Below are positions 1 to 8,955 of a stretch of DNA of 64,000 nt, piece by piece (the first letter of the stretch is position 1; every line of letters begins with the position of its first letter). The position numbers and the translations under genes were made by a program. The stretch comes from Clostridia bacterium (GTDB taxonomy: Bacteria > Bacillota > Clostridia > JAAYHZ01), in the NCBI GenBank assembly GCA_050950825.1, contig JBMNIH010000008.1, forward strand, positions 32,001 through 96,000. Direction: 5' to 3'. The notes beneath the pieces were generated by a model. That model saw only the letters and a list, made by a program, of their open reading frames with translations, was not told the DNA's origin and did not search any database.

Positions 1-441
1 GTTTTAACGTTAAAAGCGGGAAGAAGAAAGGACGGTTCCTACCAAACCTCCGACGAATACAACTACTCCTTAACGGAAGACCAAGCGAAAGACGTCCTAT
101 CGGGAAGACTGCCCCTTCTTTCCTGTTTTCCGGATTCTACGGCAAAAGAGTTTCTCCCGAAAGATAATGCGTTGATATATAGGGGATACATGACAACAAA
201 AAGAACCCTTTTTGCTCCCGTCCCGAATTTGCGTCCCTTGGAGATCGATCAAAACGACTATTTGGGTTTTCGCGATTATGAATTGGAATGGGAATTTGAA
301 AAAGAGGAGGATCGTTTTTTTATCCTTCCGCTGCTAAAAGATTTCGGCATCGATCCTTTGTTCTTACCGTCCCGTTCGAAATTCGGCCGATTCATGGAAC
401 GGTTGATTGCCCAAAAAGAACAAACATTACCCCGGGGATAA
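1..441 (+). CDS. CYTH-domain (YjbK-like triphosphate tunnel metalloenzyme) protein, 5'-truncated by the window edge
   Basis: Frame 1 is open from base 1 (VLTLKAG...DEYNYSL...LEIDQNDYLGFRDYELEWE...SKFGRF). LTLK, DYELExE and terminal K..RF motifs fit the CYTH/YjbK family. Confidence 0.7.
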   Translation, partial: VLTLKAGRRKDGSYQTSDEYNYSLTEDQAKDVLSGRLPLLSCFPDSTAKEFLPKDNALIYRGYMTTKRTLFAPVPNLRPLEIDQNDYLGFRDYELEWEFEKEEDRFFILPLLKDFGIDPLFLPSRSKFGRFMERLIAQKEQTLPRG

Positions 442-451
442 CCGAAACAAG

Positions 452-557
452 TTTTCCACGAAAAAAGAAACGGGATAACCCCGAAGACGTCTTGTTTCCA
501 CAAAGTTATCCACTTTATCCACAATGTTTTTCCCCGATTTGTGGATAATATTCCACC
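452..557. promoter_or_regulatory. DnaA-box cluster
   Basis: Perfect TTATCCACA at 515-523 and TGTGGATAA at 540-548. TTATCCACT at 506-514 (1 mismatch). Degenerate boxes at 452-460 and 494-502. Confidence 0.7.
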
Positions 558-577
558 CGAACAAATAAACGGTGCAT

Positions 578-618
578 AAAAAAACCGGAAATTCATGTCT
601 TCTTTCATGAATTCCGGT
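578..618 (-). terminator. Intrinsic terminator of the minus-strand sugar operon
   Basis: ACCGGAAATTCATG...CATGAATTCCGGT hairpin with a 7-A run on its left side (U-tract on the minus strand). Confidence 0.7.
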
Positions 619-641
619 ATGATCAAACGTTAATTCGCTTT

Positions 642-1367
642 TTATAATGAGTCCGCCGTTTTTCTTGCCGTATCCGGCACGTTGGTGATGATGCCGTCCG
701 TACCGATCTCAATAAATCTTTTTATATCCGAAGGATCGTCGATGGTCCAAACATTAACGAACATACGGTTCTTATGACATTCCTTGACAAGCTCCTCGTT
801 GACCGTATATCCGTGAGGATGGAGCCCGTCGGCACCGAAGCTCTTCCCGTAGTCCCAAGGGCGGAAAAGACCGCAGCTGTACAAGGGGGCCGTAGCCAAT
901 TCGGGACAAAGCTCCTTCACTTTATACAAGCCGTTGTGATTGAAGGAGGATATGATAATTTGGTCCGTTAAGCCGTATTCCTTAATCAGGGCGACGGTTT
1001 TTTCCTCGATGTCTTCGGTAAGGGAGCTGTACTTGATCTCGATATTTAAAAGAAGACCGGTTTCTTTTACAAAAGCCAGCACCTCTTTCAACAAAGGAAT
1101 CTTCACCGATTTGTACTTGTCGGAGAATTTGAATGAAAAATCATACGCCAATAGCTCTTCGTAGGTCATTTGGGCGACGGCGCCTTTTCCGTTTGATGTA
1201 CGGTCAATAACGTGGTCGTGTATAACCACGACTTGTCCGTCTTTTGTCAGGTGGACATCGATTTCCAATCCGTCGGCGCTCATATCATAGGCCAATCGAA
1301 AGGCTTCCATGGTATTTTCCGGAGCGTAGGCGGACGCTCCTCTGTGTGCAAAGATTTTCGTACTCAT
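642..1367 (-). CDS. Glycerophosphodiester phosphodiesterase (GDPD family)
   Basis: AHRGAS..APENT, LEIDV, HD..DRT, IEIK, VWTID and GIITN motifs. Confidence 0.92.
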   Translation of the reverse strand: MSTKIFAHRGASAYAPENTMEAFRLAYDMSADGLEIDVHLTKDGQVVVIHDHVIDRTSNGKGAVAQMTYEELLAYDFSFKFSDKYKSVKIPLLKEVLAFVKETGLLLNIEIKYSSLTEDIEEKTVALIKEYGLTDQIIISSFNHNGLYKVKELCPELATAPLYSCGLFRPWDYGKSFGADGLHPHGYTVNEELVKECHKNRMFVNVWTIDDPSDIKRFIEIGTDGIITNVPDTARKTADSL

Positions 1368-1397
1368 AAAAGGTTCGCTCCTTTCCTAATTTTCAGA

Positions 1398-2675
1398 CTA
1401 CAGCTTCGGAATATCCGTGACTCGTTTTTCTTCCATCGCCGTATCGGCTCGAAATCCGATTAAGTGTCCGTACATGGAATCCTCTAAAGCGGTGCTTGAT
1501 ATGGAAGGCTGCTCTCCGGATATGACCCGAACAAAGTCCTCCGTCAAGCCTATATCGCCTCCTCCGTGGCCGTCCATGGACACGTTCAAATCGATGACCT
1601 GCTCCGTATATTCCTGCTTTAAGTCCGGCTTCCTTACGACCAATACGCTGTCGTTGATATTCCCCTCGATCTCTCCCTTGGTTCCGATAATCTGTACGGT
1701 TCTGCAAGGCTTGGAGGCCGGGGTGGATAAGGTATGGGTCGCGACGACGCCGTTTTCAAATTCGATGATTACCGTTTGCCGGTCGACCACGTTGTTGTCA
1801 CAGTGCCATACGCACCGTCCGAAAGGATTGTCCTTCTTTAAGGATTCGATCTTCATCTCCTCCGTTAAGCTCTCGCCGTAATGCTCGATGGATTCCCAAG
1901 CATAAGCTCTCCACAATCCTTTTTCGATGTAGTTGTTGTAGGCCGAATACGGGCATTCTCTTTCAATCCTGCAGTCCACCAAGCACCTTGTGCCCGAGCC
2001 CTCCGGGGCGTTTTCCGGCTTGAAATAACCCAAGGATCCGAAGCTTGCCACACGAACCGGTGCAATGCCGCTCATAAACCACGTAATCAAATCCAAATCG
2101 TGGCTGCATTTGGCCATGAGAATGGGGGATCCGCACAGATCCTTGTTACGCCAACGGCCTCGAATATAGGCGGTGGCCATATGATGGTAGCTGACCTTTT
2201 CTTCGGTTCGGATGGAAACGATATCCCCGATTTCTCCTTCCAGCAGTAATTTTTTGACGGCCACATAAAAGGGTGCATACCTTAAAACGTGGCACACCAT
2301 GACCCTGCAGTTGTTTTTCTTCGCCGCTTTATACAGAAGATGCAAATCTTCCTCGTTGGTGCATATGGGCTTTTCCAACAGCACATCCCATCCTCTTTCC
2401 AAAAGAGGCAATGTTGTCGCCACATGCAATTGGTCCATGGTTCCGTTCACGACGGCATCCAGCTCGATATCGCTTTTCGCCATCTCTTCCGCGTCATGAA
2501 AAACATTTTCCGAAGGGATGCCGAACTCTTTTACGACTTGGTTTCTTCGAAACTCGTTAGGTTCGGCGATAGCCCATATCTTTACTTTATCGGGCTGCTT
2601 TGCTGCATAGCGAATGTATAGTATGCCTCTGTGTCCTGCACCTACAAGCCCGATCTTCAAAGGTTTGTCGCTCAT
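1398..2675 (-). CDS. Gfo/Idh/MocA family NAD(P)-dependent oxidoreductase
   Basis: GLVGAGHRG Rossmann motif, LLEKPI, CHVLRY, KCSHDLD, GHGGGD. Confidence 0.9.
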   Translation of the reverse strand: MSDKPLKIGLVGAGHRGILYIRYAAKQPDKVKIWAIAEPNEFRRNQVVKEFGIPSENVFHDAEEMAKSDIELDAVVNGTMDQLHVATTLPLLERGWDVLLEKPICTNEEDLHLLYKAAKKNNCRVMVCHVLRYAPFYVAVKKLLLEGEIGDIVSIRTEEKVSYHHMATAYIRGRWRNKDLCGSPILMAKCSHDLDLITWFMSGIAPVRVASFGSLGYFKPENAPEGSGTRCLVDCRIERECPYSAYNNYIEKGLWRAYAWESIEHYGESLTEEMKIESLKKDNPFGRCVWHCDNNVVDRQTVIIEFENGVVATHTLSTPASKPCRTVQIIGTKGEIEGNINDSVLVVRKPDLKQEYTEQVIDLNVSMDGHGGGDIGLTEDFVRVISGEQPSISSTALEDSMYGHLIGFRADTAMEEKRVTDIPKL

Positions 2676-2706
2676 AATATCCTCCGCTTGGCTCTATATA
2701 TTTTCC

Positions 2707-3721
2707 CTAATACTCCAATTTCGGTATTCGGGCGATGATCTCATCGTTTAAGGAACGATCCGCATGAAATCCTTTCGATATATTCTTCTTTAAGGTCCGG
2801 TTTTCGTAAAACCAAGTACCCGTCGTTCATGTTGCCTTCGATTTCCCCCTTTGTTCCGACGATACGGAGCGTACGGCAGGGCTTTGATGCGGGACTTGAA
2901 AATACCAAATTGGCAACAACGCCGTTTTCAAATTCCACCAAAACCGTATGCCGATCCGCTACGTTGTTGTCGCAATGCCATACGCATCGTCCGTATGGAT
3001 TATCCTTTTTCAAGGACTCTGTCTTAATCTCTTCCGTCAAATTTGCACCGTAGTGCTCCACCGGTTCCCGGGCATAAGGCCCCCATAAGCCTTTTTCCAT
3101 GTAGTTGTTGTAGGCGGAATAAAAGCATTCTTTTTCGATCTTGCAATCCGAAAGGCATCTTGTACCCGCTCCTTCCGGTGCATTTTCCTTTATAAAATGG
3201 GACAAGGATCCGAAGCTTGCCGTTTTAACAGGCCGTACGCCGCTCATAAACCACCGCATTGATCGTAACAATTTCCCCGATTCTCCCGTCTATCAACAGC
3301 TTTTTAACGGCCACATAAAAGGGAGTAGACCGCAAGACATGGCATACCATGACTTTGCAATTGTTCTTCTTGGCGGCACGGTACAAAAGAAATAGTTACT
3401 CTTCCTTTGCGCATATGGGCTTTTCCAACAGCACATGCCAACCTCTTTCCGGAAGAGGCAGGGTAGTTTCCACATGAATTGATCCGTGGTCCCGTTTATG
3501 ACCGCATCCAATTCGATATCGCTTTCGGCCGGCTTTTTTGCGTTGCAAAATACGTTTTCACAAGGAATGTCGAATTCTTTCGTCGTTTGGTTTCTCCGAT
3601 ACTCGTTAGGGTCCGCTATCGCCGATAATCAGACCTTGTCCTTATGTCTTGCCGCATAGCGGGTATACAGGACGCCGCGATGTCCCGCTCCGATCGGCCC
3701 TATTTTCACAATGTCGCTCAT
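2707..3721 (-). pseudogene. Frameshifted, internally deleted paralog of the adjacent Gfo/Idh/MocA gene
   Basis: Starts ATGAGCGACATTGTGAAAATAGG..GGAGCGGGACATCGCGG (MSD.VKIG..GAGHRG). Fragments DAVINGT.DQ and WFMSG...PYGRCVWHCDNNVADR...RKPDLK match 1398..2675 but lie in different frames. Ends ..IPKLEY*. Confidence 0.85.
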
Positions 3722-3742
3722 GCATACCTCCGAAAGATATGG

Positions 3743-5155
3743 TCAGTCGCCCATATCCAAGCCGAAAAAGCTTTTGGCGTTGTCGTAGCAAATGCCTTTA
3801 ATAATTTTCGCAAGCATTTCTTCGTCCATGGGATATTCTCCGGCTTCCACCCATTCGCCGATGAGATTGCATAAAACTCGGCGGAAATATTCATGCCGTG
3901 CATAGGAGAGAAAGCTTCTCGAATCGGTCAGCATGCCTAAAAAATTGCTTAACAGGCCTACGTTGGCAAGGGTCTTCATTTGGTTTTCAATCCCGTCCCT
4001 TTGGTCGTTGTACCACCAAGCGGCGCCGTATTGGACTTTACCGAGGATCCCTTCTCCCGGGAAATTGCCGGCCATGGTGGCAAACATATAGTTGTCTTTG
4101 GGATTCAGATTGTACAAAATGGTTTTCGGCAAAGAGCCTGTCGAATCCAATTTATCGAAAAATTTCGCCATATTCAAAGCCATGGATTTATCCGACATGG
4201 AATCAAAGCCCATATCGGGACCAAAGGTTCGATACACGCGGGAGTTTAAGTTTCTTATGACTCCCAAATGCAGCTGCATGGTCCAGCCTCTTTGGGCGTA
4301 TAATTTGCCGTAGAAGGTCAGCATGAAGAATTTATATGCGTCCGCTTCTTCTTTGGTAACGGGAGATCCGGATACCGCTTTTTCAAAGACCGTCTTTGCC
4401 GTTTCAAAGCAGGAGTCGGTATAGGGGATGTACTCCATGGAGCAGTCGGCAATTCGGCATCCCGCTTCGTGGAAATAGTCTACGCGGGATTCCAAGGTTT
4501 CCAAAAAGTCGTAAAACATTTGAACCTTTCTTCGTCTCATGTTTTGAAGCTTTTCAAACCAAGGCAAAAATGCCGGTTGGTCGATCAATACGCTTGCTTC
4601 CGGTCGAAACGTGGGATACACCTTCGTTTCGAAATCCCCTTCCTCCCGAAGCATTTTGTGGTATCTTAAATCGTCCACCGGATCGTCGGTGGTGCATATG
4701 AGCACAACGTTGGATTTTCGAATTAATCCCCGAGCGGAAAATTCCTTCTCCTGCAGCGCTTTATTGGCCTTTTCCCAAATGGCATCGGCGTTTTTCGGAT
4801 TTAAAACCATGTCGATACCGAAAAACCGCTTCAGCTCCAAATGGGTCCAGTGGTACAAGGGGTTCCCGATCATCTTCGGCACGGTTTCCGCCCATGCCAA
4901 AAATTTCTCGTAGTCTCCCCCGTCTCCGGTCACGTATTTTTCCGGGATACCGTTGCTCCGTAAAAGCCTCCATTTGTAGTGATCTCCGTAAAGCCATGCC
5001 TCCGTAATGTTTTTAAAACGCTTGTCCGTATAGATTTCTTCAGGACTCAAATGGCAATGGTAATCGTATATAGGCATATTTTTGGCATAGGTATCGTACA
5101 GCCATTGCCCGGTTTTGTTGTTTATTAAAAAGTCTTCTCCCAAAAATTCTTTCAT
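3743..5155 (-). CDS. uxaC: Glucuronate (uronate) isomerase
   Basis: DYHCHL, WLYGDHYKWR, GNPLYHWTHLEL, CTTDDP, GAAWWYND, GMLTDSRSFLSYARHEYFRR. ATG at 5155 preferred as start. Confidence 0.96.
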   Translation of the reverse strand: MKEFLGEDFLINNKTGQWLYDTYAKNMPIYDYHCHLSPEEIYTDKRFKNITEAWLYGDHYKWRLLRSNGIPEKYVTGDGGDYEKFLAWAETVPKMIGNPLYHWTHLELKRFFGIDMVLNPKNADAIWEKANKALQEKEFSARGLIRKSNVVLICTTDDPVDDLRYHKMLREEGDFETKVYPTFRPEASVLIDQPAFLPWFEKLQNMRRRKVQMFYDFLETLESRVDYFHEAGCRIADCSMEYIPYTDSCFETAKTVFEKAVSGSPVTKEEADAYKFFMLTFYGKLYAQRGWTMQLHLGVIRNLNSRVYRTFGPDMGFDSMSDKSMALNMAKFFDKLDSTGSLPKTILYNLNPKDNYMFATMAGNFPGEGILGKVQYGAAWWYNDQRDGIENQMKTLANVGLLSNFLGMLTDSRSFLSYARHEYFRRVLCNLIGEWVEAGEYPMDEEMLAKIIKGICYDNAKSFFGLDMGD

Positions 5156-5191
5156 TTTTTCCTTTCTCCCTCTTCCCAATCGTTGTAATTG

Positions 5192-6148
5192 TTATCGGAG
5201 TTCGTCAAGCTCGATTTCTTTTCCCTGTTGTTCTTTGCTTAAAATACCGGCGATGATAATCTTCATCAGCTCTTGCGTTTCTTCGTAAGGGAAAGGCCTT
5301 GTACCCGTTCGTAAATATTCCACAAAGGCTTCCAGCTGCTTTTTAAAGGAGTAAAAAGTATCACCGGATTTCACGTGGACCGACGATGCGGTTCCCGCTA
5401 AGAAAAGATCGCCGAAGCTTCCGTACATGTCTTCGATTTGAGGAATTTGAACAATCGCACCGCTTTTATGCTTGATAACAACCAAATTGCTCTTTCCTTC
5501 TCCCGTATTCCTTACCGATAGAAAGCCCGGTCCCAAAACGGGATACACCGCTTCCGCGGCATGGATTCCGTAGCGTTCCCAGGACTTGGCCATAGGCTTT
5601 ATGACAAGCCTTAACTCCCCTAGCTCCGCCGTAGATTCTCGGTAAGGCCCGTATTCTTTCGTGTACCGCATACAGCTTGATGACATAATGGGCTTGCCTT
5701 CTTCCACCCATTTGTCGAATGTTTTTAGGTCCTTTAAATTGTCCGTTAAAGGCTTATCGACGAATACCGGTATCCCGGCCTCAACAAAGGGCTTGCACCG
5801 ATCCACATGCTCGTACCCGATATCGGTGGTAATGCAAACCGCGTCCACCTTGCCGATGACGTCCTCCGGGTATTTCACCGTATGAGGTATCAAAGAAGCC
5901 TTGGCCACCGCTTCCGCATCCTTCGGATCGTCCGTCCATATATGGGTCACCCTGCAGCCCGGTATTCCGAAGTTTTTTGGCGGCTGCAGTCCCAAGTACT
6001 GAGGAATAACCGGAAAAGGACACTTCTTCATTTCGTCTTTATCATATCCGTTTATGATCGCCGACCAAGAATAGGGGTGGCCGTTACCGTCCACCATCCC
6101 GAGCATGGCGATGGATATTTCCGTTTTGTTCACAAGAGGCTTGCTCAT
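5192..6148 (-). CDS. Gfo/Idh/MocA-like oxidoreductase
   Basis: LGMVDGNGHPYSWS N-terminus, PVFVDKPL, SSSCMRY, YGIHAAE. Confidence 0.75.
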   Translation of the reverse strand: MSKPLVNKTEISIAMLGMVDGNGHPYSWSAIINGYDKDEMKKCPFPVIPQYLGLQPPKNFGIPGCRVTHIWTDDPKDAEAVAKASLIPHTVKYPEDVIGKVDAVCITTDIGYEHVDRCKPFVEAGIPVFVDKPLTDNLKDLKTFDKWVEEGKPIMSSSCMRYTKEYGPYRESTAELGELRLVIKPMAKSWERYGIHAAEAVYPVLGPGFLSVRNTGEGKSNLVVIKHKSGAIVQIPQIEDMYGSFGDLFLAGTASSVHVKSGDTFYSFKKQLEAFVEYLRTGTRPFPYEETQELMKIIIAGILSKEQQGKEIELDELR

Positions 6149-6176
6149 GACGATCCTCCTTTACTGCATCCGTTAC

Positions 6177-8168
6177 TTAGAATATTTTATTCTCCAAAAA
6201 TTTGTTCCATACGGTTTCAAACCAAGTATCCCTGTCGGGAATCGGCCGCGTATTTTCGTAGGTCACGGTACATGAAACATTTTTTTCGTCGTAAGATACG
6301 ATTTGTACCTTGCTTTTGGTCGTATCCGTATCAATCGTAATACCCTCGATAACCTCTTCGGTGATGTCATCAAAAAACTCGTCCAAAATTAAGTAGGATC
6401 CTCTGCTTTTACCTCCTTTTCGTATATAGTCCAAAATGGCGCTTAAATATACGTAGGCGGTGATGAACAGGTCTTTGTTTTTCAATGCGGGGCCCAGTTC
6501 CTTTGAATCCTTGATCTTCATGATTTCGGTAAAGCGAAGGATTCGGTCTTTTAAATGCTCCAACGCACTTTTAATTTCCCCGGGATTTCGGATATGTCCG
6601 CCGGTTTTGGACATAATCCTTTTTACCGCATCCAATTCCTCCTCGATATTGGATACCTCGCTTTTAGCGGAAAGCAAGCTTCCGGCGGTTTTTACGATCC
6701 TTTGTATTTGTTTTTCACCTAATATCAAGAACCGGCGGTTGTCCCTCGGAGGGTTGTTGTATTTTGCGGCAATGTATTCCGCCGCACGCAGAGACGATAC
6801 TTGGGTGTTGTTTAACGCGGAGCCTCCGGGCCGATAGATGCCGAAGGTCCCGGCGCATTCTCCTACGGGGAAAAAGTGCTTAATATTGCTTTCCCAGCGA
6901 TTGTTTGCAAAAAGGCCTCCGTTGTTGTGCTGGGCGCATACGGATATTTCCAACCAATCTTTTTTAAGATCAAATCCGTGAGACAGATACAGCTCGTAGG
7001 CCGGCTTATTCATTTTGATTAAACGCTCGATTGGCGTTCCGAACAATATATCGCAGTTGGCCATATAGGTGTAGGCTTCTTCTTCCAACAAAGAAAAATC
7101 GAAAGCCCCGTCCTTCAAAGAGCAAAGAGGATTTTTCGTATAGTCCAAAAATACCCTTCTTCCCTTGTTGTAGATCTCGTTGTACACCAAAAGATCGATA
7201 AAAGAAGACTTTTGGCCTTTGATCTTTCTCGGGTCAAAGGGCCATTGGTATCCTTTTAAAAAGACGGCGGTCAAAAGCTTTCCGGGAGAATCGAAATAGG
7301 GGGTTAAAAACTCCGTCGGATCGTTTCCCTCCCGATCCGTGGATACGTATCGAGGAATGACTTGTTGGTAGCTGCCGGACAGATTCCATCTGAATTTAAC
7401 GGAAGCGATGCCGTATTGGGACTCGATTACGTTCATTCCCCTGACACCGGCCTCGAAGGCAATGCCGTTAGAACCGACTTGGCTTTCGGGGTACACCGAA
7501 TCCCTGTACATCCCGGCCGGTCCCCCGGTAGCAAAGATCACATTGGTACAGTTAAACAAGACCAATTGCTCCGAAATCCCTTCCGAAACGGTAAGGTCCA
7601 CTCCGACCAAGCCGATACATTCTTTTTCTTCCTCGCCGGTCGTGATGATCCCCGTAATCAATACGTTGTCGATCACCGGTATGTTTTTCAACCGAACGGA
7701 CCTTTCCAAAGCCTCCGTCATATATCTTGAGGTAAGAGGACCTGCCGATGTAGCGCGGGCCTTCGGATCGTGGTCCGTTTTGTAGCCTACGTACTCCCCG
7801 TATTCGTTATGAGGAAAAGGGACACCCAAATCGATAAGCTTGGAAAAGCATCGGAAAGAACAGGCGGCCTCCGTCAGTGCGATATCTCCGTGCATGGCAC
7901 CGCCTTTTACAAGATCCTTCGCCATTTCCACGGGAGAATCCGGAACATCTCCTCCCGTAGAAATTTTGTAATACGTTTGTTTGTCCGATCCCGTGTTTCT
8001 GGAGGTCCCTCGGTTCATCCCTTCCGTTACGATGGCAATGTCTCGAACGCCCAAGTCGTACAAGCAGTCGGCGGCGTTTAACCCCGCCGCTCCGGAGCCT
8101 ACCACCACCGTATTCAATCGATAAACCTTAAACTCATTAGGACCTACGATCAGCTTATCGGGCTTCAT
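6177..8168 (-). CDS. FAD-binding protein, succinate dehydrogenase/fumarate reductase flavoprotein-like
   Basis: VVVGSGAAG dinucleotide motif, FATGG, QHNNGGL, FPVGECAG, RPGGSAL, SRGS. No Fe-S subunit or membrane-anchor gene nearby. Confidence 0.8.
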   Translation of the reverse strand: MKPDKLIVGPNEFKVYRLNTVVVGSGAAGLNAADCLYDLGVRDIAIVTEGMNRGTSRNTGSDKQTYYKISTGGDVPDSPVEMAKDLVKGGAMHGDIALTEAACSFRCFSKLIDLGVPFPHNEYGEYVGYKTDHDPKARATSAGPLTSRYMTEALERSVRLKNIPVIDNVLITGIITTGEEEKECIGLVGVDLTVSEGISEQLVLFNCTNVIFATGGPAGMYRDSVYPESQVGSNGIAFEAGVRGMNVIESQYGIASVKFRWNLSGSYQQVIPRYVSTDREGNDPTEFLTPYFDSPGKLLTAVFLKGYQWPFDPRKIKGQKSSFIDLLVYNEIYNKGRRVFLDYTKNPLCSLKDGAFDFSLLEEEAYTYMANCDILFGTPIERLIKMNKPAYELYLSHGFDLKKDWLEISVCAQHNNGGLFANNRWESNIKHFFPVGECAGTFGIYRPGGSALNNTQVSSLRAAEYIAAKYNNPPRDNRRFLILGEKQIQRIVKTAGSLLSAKSEVSNIEEELDAVKRIMSKTGGHIRNPGEIKSALEHLKDRILRFTEIMKIKDSKELGPALKNKDLFITAYVYLSAILDYIRKGGKSRGSYLILDEFFDDITEEVIEGITIDTDTTKSKVQIVSYDEKNVSCTVTYENTRPIPDRDTWFETVWNKFLENKIF

Positions 8169-8184
8169 GAAAAATCACCTGCTT

Positions 8185-8955
8185 CTAAAGCCGACGGATA
8201 TGGAAACCGCCGTCCACGTTAATGACTTGTCCGGTCACAAACCCCAGCTTTCCGGATGCGATCACTAAGACCGCATCGGCAATATCTTCGGGGGTACCCC
8301 AGCGTTTAATGGGAGTGATGCCTTCGGCGATCAGTTTATCGTATTTTTCCTTTACTTTCGAAGTCATGTCGGTTTGTATGATCCCCGGCCGAATTTCGTA
8401 TACGTTGATTCCGTATTCCGCCAAGCGATCGGCAAAAAGCAGCGTCACCATGGACAAGCCGGCCTTGGAAATACAATATTCTCCCCGGTTTACCGATGAA
8501 GCGTAGGCTGAAACCGAAGAGATGTTAACGATTTGGGGACGATATTCCGGCAATTTTCCGACCGCTTCGATCATGCTTTTGGCGCAAATTTGGGTCATGA
8601 AAAAGGCGGCCTTTAAATTGATCTCCATCACCGTATCAAAGCTTTCTTCCGTGGTTTCCAAAATATCCAATCGGACGGGAGGCGCAATGCCCGCGTTGTT
8701 GACCAAAAGATCCAATCTGCCGAACCTGTGTAAGGTTTCATTAAGAAGCCTTTCCCTTATCAAAGGGTCCGTTATGCTGCCCCTTACATACAAAAAGTCT
8801 TCTTGGTATTGCCGTATCCGGTCCAGCCCCTCCTTGACCTTCTCTTCAGGGCTGCTGCCGATCCCGGCTACCGCATAGCCTTCTTTTGCCAATGCACTCG
8901 CAATGGCATTTCCGATTCCTCTTGTACATCCCGTAACGATCGCCGTTTTTCTCAT
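8185..8955 (-). CDS. Short-chain dehydrogenase/reductase (3-ketoacyl-ACP reductase-like)
   Basis: TGCTRGIG, NNAG, YCISK (YxxxK), PGIIQTDMT. Confidence 0.9.
   Translation of the reverse strand: MRKTAIVTGCTRGIGNAIASALAKEGYAVAGIGSSPEEKVKEGLDRIRQYQEDFLYVRGSITDPLIRERLLNETLHRFGRLDLLVNNAGIAPPVRLDILETTEESFDTVMEINLKAAFFMTQICAKSMIEAVGKLPEYRPQIVNISSVSAYASSVNRGEYCISKAGLSMVTLLFADRLAEYGINVYEIRPGIIQTDMTSKVKEKYDKLIAEGITPIKRWGTPEDIADAVLVIASGKLGFVTGQVINVDGGFHIRRL

Noticed and set aside
452-557. oriC call for the DnaA boxes
   Set aside because: No dnaA/dnaN/gidA context, flanking genes converge, and there is no clear AT-rich unwinding element.
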